Assembly: GCA_965250285.1 (NCBI GenBank)
Contig: OZ252299.1
Span: forward strand, 5,568,001-5,632,000
Direction: 5' to 3'
DNA from: Myxococcota bacterium
GTDB taxonomy: Bacteria; Myxococcota_A; UBA9160; UBA4427
Length of the DNA: 64,000 nucleotides
Within the stretch, counting starts at the first letter, position 1. Each line of letters starts with the position of its first letter. The position numbers were made by a program, and so were the translations under genes. The notes below the pieces were generated by a model, which saw only the letters and a list, made by a program, of their open reading frames with translations, was not told the DNA's origin and did no database searches. Positions 47,416-55,670 of this stretch are shown in pieces.

Positions 47416-48891
47416 ATGCCCGGCCCCACTGCGCGACGCCGCATTCAGCGAATTGCGCGCGAGCTGCGCATTCGGGCCCGCGAGGCCGCGACGCTCTGCG
47501 CGCTGGCTTGCGTCGTCGTCGCCTGCGGCGAGGCCCCCGAAGCGACTCGGGCCCGCGATCCACGCCCCAACATCCTGATGATCTCGCTCGATACGACCCG
47601 GGCCGACCACCTCTCGGCCTACGGCTACGAGCGCGAGACCAGCCCGCGGCTCGCGGCCCTCGCGGCCGAGGGCGTGCGCTTCGACGCCGCATATGCGCCG
47701 TCGGCGACGACCGGGCCGACGCATGCGAGTCTGTTCACAGGCCTGGCCCCGATGGCCCACGACGTGCGCAAGAACGGCCAGCGACTCGCATCGACGCTGC
47801 CCACCCTCGCGGGCGTGCTCTCGGCGGCCGGATTCGAGACCGCCGGTGTGATCAGCTCGTTCGTCCTCTCCGAGCGCTTCGGTTTCGCGAGCGGCTTCGA
47901 CGTGTGGAACGAAGACTTCTCGCAGGCGACGGCGCCCGAAGGGGTGACCGTCTGGGAAGGGCTCGAGGTCGAGGGGAAGTTCTACGGCAGCGCCGAAGAC
48001 ACGACGCGGCGCGCGCTGGCGTGGCTCGACGCGCGCGTCCATCCCGAGCGCCCTTTCTTTCTGCTGGTGCACTACTTCGACCCGCACGACCCGTACACGC
48101 CGCCCCCCGGCTACCGTCCGCCCTTCGATCCCGGGCCCAAGGCGGCGCTGAAGCAGGTTCGCACCGTCTTTCTCTACGATCTGCTGCTGGCGTACACCGA
48201 CGAGCAGATGGGGCGACTGCTCGATGGCCTCGCCGAGCGCGGCCTCGATGCCGACACGCTCGTCGTCGTGGTGGGCGACCACGGTGAAGGGCTGATGGAC
48301 CACGGGCACCCGTTTCACGGCGCGCAGATCTACGAAGAAGCGGTGCGGATCCCGTTCGTCGCGCGCTGGCCGGGCCGCATCGAGCCGGGCGGCGAGATCG
48401 CCGAGCCCGTTGCGCTGGTCGATCTGCCCTCGGTGCTGCTCGAGGCTGCCGGCGCGTCGAGCCGCGCGCTCACGGGGGCATCGCGCGGTCCGCTCGGCGA
48501 GCTCCTGACCCGGACCGACCCCGGCGACGAAGCAGGCGAGACCCCGGTCTTTCTCTACCGCCGCCACTACGAGCCGGCCGATCTGACCGACACGGTCTCG
48601 GTCGCGGGCGAGCAGCTCGGCGTGCGCCTCGGTCGTTGGAAGCTGATTCGCGCGCCCGAGGAGGGTCGCCTCGAGCTGTACGACCTCGCGGTCGATCCGG
48701 GCGAGTCGAAGAACGTGGCCGACGAACATCCCGAACGTGTCGCCGCCCTGGGCGCGCTGCTGGACGACTGGAGCGCCGATGCGGACCGCGTGCGCGAGAC
48801 GTGGCGGCGCGCTTCGGGGGACGCGCGCGGTGAGCACGATCTCGACCCCGAAGAGCGCGCGCGGCTGGAGGCGCTCGGCTATGTCGAGTAG
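47416..48891 (+). CDS. Sulfatase-fold lipoprotein (Thr at the nucleophile position)
   Basis: VVAC lipobox; SLDTTRADH, TTGPTH, HYFDPH, GDHGE, ELYDL; C-terminal LEALGY. Confidence 0.85.
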   Translation: MPGPTARRRIQRIARELRIRAREAATLCALACVVVACGEAPEATRARDPRPNILMISLDTTRADHLSAYGYERETSPRLAALAAEGVRFDAAYAPSATTGPTHASLFTGLAPMAHDVRKNGQRLASTLPTLAGVLSAAGFETAGVISSFVLSERFGFASGFDVWNEDFSQATAPEGVTVWEGLEVEGKFYGSAEDTTRRALAWLDARVHPERPFFLLVHYFDPHDPYTPPPGYRPPFDPGPKAALKQVRTVFLYDLLLAYTDEQMGRLLDGLAERGLDADTLVVVVGDHGEGLMDHGHPFHGAQIYEEAVRIPFVARWPGRIEPGGEIAEPVALVDLPSVLLEAAGASSRALTGASRGPLGELLTRTDPGDEAGETPVFLYRRHYEPADLTDTVSVAGEQLGVRLGRWKLIRAPEEGRLELYDLAVDPGESKNVADEHPERVAALGALLDDWSADADRVRETWRRASGDARGEHDLDPEERARLEALGYVE

Positions 48892-50473
48892 AGCGGGGTC
48901 GAGTAACCGAGGGGCGAGTAGCGGAGGGTCGATCCGCGCGGGTTCGATGAGAACCAGGTCGCGGCAAGCGCCGTCGCAGCGCGCCGTGCCCAGTCGCGGC
49001 CCGACCTCGCGGCGGACGTCCACAGCGTGGACCGTCGCGGCGCTCGTTCTGCTCATCGTCGTGGCCTTCGGTTGTTCGAGCGAGTCGACCCGGCCCGACG
49101 TGCTGCTCGTGACCATCGACACGCTGCGCCCCGACTTCCTCGAACCCTATGGCTTCGAGCAGCCGTCGTCGCCGGTGATCGCCGGCCTCGCCGAAGAGGG
49201 CGTCGTGTTCGACAACGCGATCGCGGCGGGGTCGCTCACCGCGCCGGCGCACGGCTCGATCATGACGGGCCGCTTCGCACGGCAGCACTCGATCGGCGCG
49301 CTGAACGGCGAGACCCGCCTCGAAGGCGCGCCGACGCTGGCCGAGCAGTTCGCCGGTGCGGGCTACGACACCGCCGCCTTCATCTCGAACGTGGTGCTGC
49401 GTCGCCGGCTCGGTCTCGATCGCGGCTTTGGCGTGTACGACGACGACCTGCCAGAGCAGGAGCTCAATCGGCCGTTGTACTTCGAGCGCACGGCCGACGA
49501 GACGGCGGCCCGCGCGCTCGAATGGCTCGCGTCGCGCGGCGACGAGCCGGTCTTCCTCTGGCTGCATCTCCAGGATCCGCACGGGCCGTACACGCCCCCC
49601 GAAGAGACGCGCGGGCGCTTCGAAGACGTACCATTGCGCGTGAAGCAGCGCCTGCAGGTGCTCGACAAGAACAGCGGACGCGCCGGTATTCCGGCCTACC
49701 AGGCGCTGCCCGGTGTCGATCGCCCGGGCGAGTACGCTGCGCGCTATGCCGAAGAGGTGCTCTTCGCCGATCGCTGGCTCGGCGAGGTGCTCGAGGCGGT
49801 GCGGGCGCGCCGCCCCGGCGTGCCGCCGATCGTCGTGCTCACGGCCGACCACGGCGAGAGCATGGGCGAGCAGGGCTGGTTCTTTCAGCATGGACAGGCC
49901 TCGACACCCGATCTCGCGCGCGTGCCCCTCCTGGCCGTCGTGCCCGGCGTCGAGCCGCGTCGCGACGCGTCGTTCGTCAGCCATGCCGATCTCGCGCCGA
50001 CGATCCTCGAACTCGCGGGTCTGTCTGCGCTCGAAGGGGCCACCGGAGACTCTCTGGCCGACCTGATCCGTTCGGGGGACACGTTGGGTGAGCGTGTGAT
50101 CTTCTGCGACACCGACGGCGAGTCGGCCGCCTACTTCGAGGGCGGCATCGTGCGGGCGCAGGGCGGCGCCGCCCACGCCGTGCCAGGCTCGGCAAGCGGC
50201 CCAACCCGGTTCACGGGCCTGCGCGAGAAGGAGCCAGGCGTCTGGCGCCCGATGCCCGTCGAAGAGACCGCCCGCGAGGCGCTCACGACCTACCTCGGCG
50301 CGGCGGTGCCCCTCGTGCCCGCAGGCGCCATGGAGCCCGAGCACATCGAGCACTTGCGCGCGCTCGGCTATCTCGACCCTGCGCTCGACCCCGATCTCGA
50401 CCCCGACTCGGACGAGGGGCAGGCCGAGGCGGAAGCCGACGAGACGCACGATGGCGGGGCGGAGGCGCGCTGA
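48881..50473 (+). CDS. Sulfatase-fold lipoprotein (Thr at the nucleophile position)
   Basis: AFGC lipobox; TIDTLR, LTAPAH, HLQDPH, ADHGE; LRALGY near the C-terminus. Start uncertain. Confidence 0.83.
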   Translation: MSSRAGSSNRGASSGGSIRAGSMRTRSRQAPSQRAVPSRGPTSRRTSTAWTVAALVLLIVVAFGCSSESTRPDVLLVTIDTLRPDFLEPYGFEQPSSPVIAGLAEEGVVFDNAIAAGSLTAPAHGSIMTGRFARQHSIGALNGETRLEGAPTLAEQFAGAGYDTAAFISNVVLRRRLGLDRGFGVYDDDLPEQELNRPLYFERTADETAARALEWLASRGDEPVFLWLHLQDPHGPYTPPEETRGRFEDVPLRVKQRLQVLDKNSGRAGIPAYQALPGVDRPGEYAARYAEEVLFADRWLGEVLEAVRARRPGVPPIVVLTADHGESMGEQGWFFQHGQASTPDLARVPLLAVVPGVEPRRDASFVSHADLAPTILELAGLSALEGATGDSLADLIRSGDTLGERVIFCDTDGESAAYFEGGIVRAQGGAAHAVPGSASGPTRFTGLREKEPGVWRPMPVEETAREALTTYLGAAVPLVPAGAMEPEHIEHLRALGYLDPALDPDLDPDSDEGQAEAEADETHDGGAEAR

Positions 50474-50475
50474 CG

Positions 50476-51198
50476 ATGTATCGCGGCCTCAAGGTGATCG
50501 CGATCGCGCCCGTGCTCGACGAAGAGGTGAAGATTCGGGAGGTGGTGCGGCGGGTGCCCCGGGACGTCGTCGACGAGGTGCTGGTGGTCGACGATGGCTC
50601 GACCGATCGCTCGGCCGACGTCGCCCGCGAGCAGGGCGCGCGGGTCGTCTCGATGGGCTACGTCGCCGGCGTGGGCGCTGCGCTTCGCCGAGGGTACGCC
50701 GAGGCTGTGGCGGGCGGCTTCGACGTGGCCGTGGTCATGGCCGGCAACAACAAGGACTCGCCCGAAGAGATCCCGCTGCTGCTCGACCCGATCGCCGACG
50801 GCCGCGCCGATTTCGTGCAGGGCTCGCGCTTTCTCAAGCCCGATGCGCAGTTCGGTGAGATGCCGATCTACCGCCGCCTTGCGACGCGCATCCACCCGAT
50901 CCTGTTCTCGATCGTGTCGGGTCGAAGGGTGACCGAGTCGACCAACGGCTTTCGCGCGATCCATACGCGCGTGTTGCAGGACGAACGCCTCGATCTCGAT
51001 CAGCCGTGGCTCGATGAGTACGAGCTCGAGCCCTACCTCTATTACAGGGTCATTCGAATGGGTTTCGCCACGGCGGAAGTGCCCGTGACGAAGATCTACC
51101 CGCCGAAGGCGCTCGGGCAGACGAAGATGAAGCCCGTCACGGGTTGGTGGTCGATGCTTCGGCCGCTCGTGTACCTTGGGCTCCGCATCAAGCACTAG
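50476..51198 (+). CDS. GT2, DPM-synthase-like
   Basis: PVLDE, VDDGSTD, GVGAA, VQGSRF, TESTNGFRA. Confidence 0.88.
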   Translation: MYRGLKVIAIAPVLDEEVKIREVVRRVPRDVVDEVLVVDDGSTDRSADVAREQGARVVSMGYVAGVGAALRRGYAEAVAGGFDVAVVMAGNNKDSPEEIPLLLDPIADGRADFVQGSRFLKPDAQFGEMPIYRRLATRIHPILFSIVSGRRVTESTNGFRAIHTRVLQDERLDLDQPWLDEYELEPYLYYRVIRMGFATAEVPVTKIYPPKALGQTKMKPVTGWWSMLRPLVYLGLRIKH

Positions 51199-51207
51199 GA
51201 TGTCGGC

Positions 51208-52248
51208 ATGAGCGCAGATCCGCTGGTCCGCGTCGCCGTGGTCGGAGCCGGCCACTGGGGCCCGAACCTCATCAACAATTTCGAGAGCAGTCTGCGCAGC
51301 CGGGTCGCGTGGGTGGTGGACCGGGACGCGCAGCGGCTCGAGCGCGTGCGCGAACGCTTTCCCGACATGCGCACCACAGACGACGTGCGTCACGCGATCG
51401 ACGATCCCGACGTCGATGCGGTGGTCATCGCCACGCCCACGAGCACGCACCTCGAGCTCGCGAAGGCCGCGCTCGAAGCGGGCAAGCACGTGCTGGTCGA
51501 GAAGCCGCTGGCCGATTCGGTGGCCGGCTGCGAAACGCTCTGCGAGCTGGCCGAGCGCGAGCAGCGCGTCTTGATGGTCGGGCACATCTTCGTCTACAAC
51601 GACGCGGCCCGGAAGGTGAAGTCGATCATCGAGGCCGGGGACCTCGGCCGCATCTACTACATCGCGATGAACCGAACGAACCTCGGCCCGATTCGCGTCG
51701 ACGTGAACGCGGCCTGGGATCTCGCGGCCCACGACATTGCGCTCGCGAGCGACTGGCTCGGCAGCTGGCCGCAGTCGGTGTCGGCCACCGGCGGTGCGTG
51801 GATCAACGAGGGCGTGGCCGACGCCGTCTTCGCGACCCTGCGCTACCCGGGCGACGTGCTGGTCAACCTCCATGCGAGCTGGCTGAACCCGCGCAAAGCG
51901 CGCGACATCACCGTCGTCGGCGATACGCGCATGCTCACCTTCGACGACATCGACCTGCGCGAGCCGGTTCGCATCTACGACAAGCAGGTCTCGAACGAGC
52001 GCACGGGCGCGTCGTTCGTCGATACGTTCTCTTCGTTCCGCATGAGCGTGCTCGATGGGGACGTCAGCGTGCCGCGCTTCCCGATGGGTGAGCCGCTCAA
52101 GAACGAGTGCGAGCACTTTCTCGACTGCGTGATCGACGGCAAGGCAGCGCGCTCGGGGGGGCCGGAGGGGCTGGCGGTGGTGCGCGTGCTCGAGGCGCTG
52201 TCGCGCAGTCTCGAGCAGGGTGGCACCAGCGAGGCGACGGGGTTGTAG
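51208..52248 (+). CDS. Gfo/Idh/MocA family oxidoreductase (nucleotide-sugar dehydrogenase-like)
   Basis: GAGHWG, IATP, VEKP, VGH, WDLAAHD. Confidence 0.9.
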   Translation: MSADPLVRVAVVGAGHWGPNLINNFESSLRSRVAWVVDRDAQRLERVRERFPDMRTTDDVRHAIDDPDVDAVVIATPTSTHLELAKAALEAGKHVLVEKPLADSVAGCETLCELAEREQRVLMVGHIFVYNDAARKVKSIIEAGDLGRIYYIAMNRTNLGPIRVDVNAAWDLAAHDIALASDWLGSWPQSVSATGGAWINEGVADAVFATLRYPGDVLVNLHASWLNPRKARDITVVGDTRMLTFDDIDLREPVRIYDKQVSNERTGASFVDTFSSFRMSVLDGDVSVPRFPMGEPLKNECEHFLDCVIDGKAARSGGPEGLAVVRVLEALSRSLEQGGTSEATGL

Positions 52249-53349
52249 ATGCCGATCCCCCTCGTCGATCTGCAGATCATGCACCGTGAGATCGAGGCCG
52301 AGGTGAACGCCGCCTTCGACCGCATCATGTCGAGTGGTGCGTTCGTGCTCGGCCCTGACGTCGCCGAGTTCGAGTCGGCGTTCGCGCGCTACTGCGAAGT
52401 CGATCACTGCATCGGGGTGGCGAACGGGACCGATGCACTCGAGCTCGCGATGCGTGCGCTCGACATCGGCCCTGGCGACGAGGTCGTGCTGCCGGCCAAC
52501 ACGTTCATCGCGACGGCCCTCGCGGTCGCGCGCGTGGGTGCGACGCCAGTGCTCGTCGACGCGCGGGACGGCGATCTGCTGATCGATCCCGAGGCCGTCG
52601 AGGCCGCGGTCGGCGCATCGACGCGCGCGATCGTCGGGGTCGACCTCTTTGGCCAGGTGGCGCCGTTCGAGGCCCTCGTCCCCGTCGCGGAGCGCCACGG
52701 GCTCGCCCTGCTCGAAGACGCGGCCCAGAGCCAGGGCGCGCGTCGCGACGGGCGACGAGCCGGGTCGTTCGGCGACATCGCCGGCACGAGCTTCTACCCT
52801 GGCAAGAACCTCGGTGCCTACGGCGACGGGGGTGCAGTGACGACGGCGCGTGTCGACCTGGCCGATCGGATCCGCCGCCTGCGCAACTACGGCAGCGAGA
52901 TCAAGTACCACCACCCCGAGACCGGCTTCAACTCGCGCCTCGACACGCTCCAGGCAGCCGTGCTCAACGCAAAGCTCGCGCGCCTCGATGGCTGGAACGC
53001 ACAGCGACGCGCGGCCGCCGAGCACTACGACGCCCTGCTTGCCGACACGGCAGAGGTGCGTCTGCCCGTCACGGATCGGCGCAACGAACCCGTCTGGCAC
53101 ATCTATCAGGTGCGCGTCCCCAGACGCGACGACGTGCTCGAGAAACTGCATGCGGCCGGGATCGGTGCGGGCATCCACTACCCCGTGCCGATTCATCTGC
53201 AGGGCGCGTTCGCGTCGCTCGGGCAGGGCGAAGGTCGGTATCCGGTCTCGGAGGCGGCCGCCGGCGAGATGATCTCGCTGCCGCTCTTTCCGGGCATCAC
53301 CGAGGCCCAGCAGGCCGAGGTGGTGGACGCGCTACGCGGCGCGCTGTGA
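52249..53349 (+). CDS. DegT/DnrJ/EryC1/StrS sugar aminotransferase
   Basis: NGTDAL, EDAAQ, SFYPGKNLGAYGDGG (PLP Lys), GFNSRLD, IHYP. Confidence 0.93.
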   Translation: MPIPLVDLQIMHREIEAEVNAAFDRIMSSGAFVLGPDVAEFESAFARYCEVDHCIGVANGTDALELAMRALDIGPGDEVVLPANTFIATALAVARVGATPVLVDARDGDLLIDPEAVEAAVGASTRAIVGVDLFGQVAPFEALVPVAERHGLALLEDAAQSQGARRDGRRAGSFGDIAGTSFYPGKNLGAYGDGGAVTTARVDLADRIRRLRNYGSEIKYHHPETGFNSRLDTLQAAVLNAKLARLDGWNAQRRAAAEHYDALLADTAEVRLPVTDRRNEPVWHIYQVRVPRRDDVLEKLHAAGIGAGIHYPVPIHLQGAFASLGQGEGRYPVSEAAAGEMISLPLFPGITEAQQAEVVDALRGAL

Positions 53350-55628
53350 GCGACGCCCCTGCGCCCGAGCCGGCGCCCCGCGAGCGGCGGTGGCTCTGGT
53401 GGGGCCCCGTGCTCGGCGCCGCCACGCTCGTCGTACTCATTCGAAGCCTCGGCTTCGAGTACGTGTTCGTCGACGGCGAGGTCGTGTTTCCGCCCGCTGA
53501 TCCTCAGTATCACTTGCGTCGTGGACTGCAGGTCTTCGAGCGGTTCCCGGACGTCTTGCTCTTCGATCCCTACATCAACTACCCGGGCGGGGCACCGATC
53601 CCCTGGCCCCCGCTCTACGACATCGTGATGGGCGCCGTGCCGCGCTTCGCCGGCGCCGACGAGCATGGCTTCGAGGTCTTCGCCGCGTGGCTGAGCCCGC
53701 TGTGTGCGCTGCTCGCGTGTGTGCCGATCGCGGGCATCGCAAGGCGGACGTCGGGCGAGCAGGGGCCGCGCGTGCCGGCGCTCGCCATCACGATCTTCGC
53801 GCTGGTCCCGCTGCTCGTGAGCTACGGCCGGGTCGGCATGGCCGACCATCACGCCGCCGTCTCGATGATCGGGGCGTGGCTGCTGCTCTGTTGCGTGGCG
53901 CAGGTCGACCCCGGCCTGGGTGAGCGATCGGCCCGCCGCTGGATGTGGGCCCACGTCGCGGCGCGCCTTGCGCTGCTGCTGACCTGGCACGGCAGCCTGC
54001 TCTACCTGGGCATCGCCGAGGGGAGCCTGGCGCTGGCGTTCATCTCGACGGGCCGCCGCGGTCTCGCGCTTCATCAGGCGATCGGCGCGGCGGTGACGGC
54101 CTTGGTCCTCGTGCCCGTGCTCGCGGTGATGCCGACGCCGCTCGGCGGCCCGTATTCGGCGATCGCGCTCTCGCGTCTCCACGTGATCGCGATGCTCGGC
54201 GTCGCGATGGTTCTCGGGGCCGGGTTGCTCGCGACGCGGCAGTCGGCGCTCGATGCGCCCATCGCTCGACTCGGCGCGCTCGCGCTGGCATCGCTGGTGT
54301 TCATCGCGGGCGTGCTCGCGTTGCCCGGGCCGCGCGAGGGGCTCGGCCCGGCGCTCGAGTTTCTCACCATGACCGATGGCGTCGGGGACGTGACGGGCGA
54401 GCAGCTGCCGATCTTCGATCTCGGAGCGCGCCGGGCCATCAAGCCGTTTCCGTTGGTGTGGAGCTGGTGGGCGCCGCTGATTCCGCTCGTGCCGATCGGC
54501 GTCGCGCTGGTCGCGCGTCGCCAGCCGCCGGGCAGCGCGGGTCGCGCCGCGGCGTGGATGCTCTGCCTCTGGACCGCGATCTTCGGCGCGCTCGCGATCA
54601 CCCAGCGCCGCTACGGCAACGACTTCGGCCCGGCGGCGGCCGTCGGCCTGGCCCTGGGGTTCGTCTGGTTGGCGGATGCGCTCGCCGCGCGCCTCGTCGC
54701 ATCGCCCCGGCGTTCGGCGGTCGCGACGAGCCTGGCGCTGCTGTTCGTCCTCCTGACGGCATGGCCGGCGCTGGCGCGCGTCCATGGCCCGCGCGCCGTG
54801 TCGAGCTGGCGCGCGCTGCGCGGTGACGAGGCGATCCGCGTTCAGGCGCGCACGGGCATTGGCGCAACGCTGTCGCGATTCCTGCGGCAGGTGCGACACC
54901 GGACGCCCGAGACGGCGGGCTACTTCGACGACGCGGGTGAGCCCGAGTACGGCGTCATTGCGCATCCGAATCTCGGCCACGCGATTCAGTACGAAGCGCG
55001 CCGGCCGACGGCGACCGACCCCTTCTGGGCCTACATCGGGCGCGAGAACTGGGCGCTGACCCAGGGCTTCGTCGAAGCGACCGACGAGGCCGAGGCCCGC
55101 GTGCTCGCCGATCGGCTCGACGGTCGCTACGTGATCACGATGCCGCAGCTGCCGCCGGGCTCGGTGATGCAGCGACTGCACGACGGCTATGGCACGGCGA
55201 CGCGCGACGCGCCGGGGCTCGGGCACTTCCGCTTCGTCGCCGAGGCGCCGAGCGGCGCGCCGGCGCTCGGCGAAGTGTTCCAACCCGGTGCCGCGCGCCG
55301 GGGCTCGCCCTACAAGCTCTTCGAGATCGTGGCCGGCGCCGACCTCGTGTTCGCATGCCCGGCGGGCACGCGCGCCCGGGTGCAGGCCCGCATCGAGCAC
55401 GGTCGCGGCACGTTCGTGTGGCGGACCCACGCGTTGGCCGACGAGACGGGTCGGGTGAGGGTGCGCATCCCCTATGCAACGGCGAACGGCGAGGCGGCGG
55501 GCGGTGGCGTGGCCGATGGACCGCTGCGCGTCGAGTGCGGCGATCGAGCCTGGCCCGTGCGGATCCCGGCCGGCGCTGTTCGCGAAGGCCGCGAGGTGAC
55601 GGCCCCCGCGCCGCCGCCCGTCGGCTGA
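53346..55628 (+). CDS. STT3/AglB-like oligosaccharyltransferase with a non-canonical WWDYG motif
   Basis: DPQYHLRR, FDPYINYPGG, WPPLYD, DHH, QRRY; about 13 TM segments; periplasmic YGVIAHPNLGHAI...RRPTATDPF and YKLFEIVAGA. Confidence 0.8.
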   Translation: MSDAPAPEPAPRERRWLWWGPVLGAATLVVLIRSLGFEYVFVDGEVVFPPADPQYHLRRGLQVFERFPDVLLFDPYINYPGGAPIPWPPLYDIVMGAVPRFAGADEHGFEVFAAWLSPLCALLACVPIAGIARRTSGEQGPRVPALAITIFALVPLLVSYGRVGMADHHAAVSMIGAWLLLCCVAQVDPGLGERSARRWMWAHVAARLALLLTWHGSLLYLGIAEGSLALAFISTGRRGLALHQAIGAAVTALVLVPVLAVMPTPLGGPYSAIALSRLHVIAMLGVAMVLGAGLLATRQSALDAPIARLGALALASLVFIAGVLALPGPREGLGPALEFLTMTDGVGDVTGEQLPIFDLGARRAIKPFPLVWSWWAPLIPLVPIGVALVARRQPPGSAGRAAAWMLCLWTAIFGALAITQRRYGNDFGPAAAVGLALGFVWLADALAARLVASPRRSAVATSLALLFVLLTAWPALARVHGPRAVSSWRALRGDEAIRVQARTGIGATLSRFLRQVRHRTPETAGYFDDAGEPEYGVIAHPNLGHAIQYEARRPTATDPFWAYIGRENWALTQGFVEATDEAEARVLADRLDGRYVITMPQLPPGSVMQRLHDGYGTATRDAPGLGHFRFVAEAPSGAPALGEVFQPGAARRGSPYKLFEIVAGADLVFACPAGTRARVQARIEHGRGTFVWRTHALADETGRVRVRIPYATANGEAAGGGVADGPLRVECGDRAWPVRIPAGAVREGREVTAPAPPPVG

Positions 55629-55670
55629 TGGGGAGCCGCCTGCTGACGGCGAGCCGCCGGGTCGGCCGCG

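Noticed and set aside
7890..55430. Long antisense or alternative-frame ORFs (e.g. 7890-11435, 5' part of 12698-16504, 19517-22255, 46153-49122, 50368-53196, 53193-55430)
   Set aside because: Shadow ORFs typical of very high GC DNA. They overlap well-supported genes and carry no recognisable motifs.
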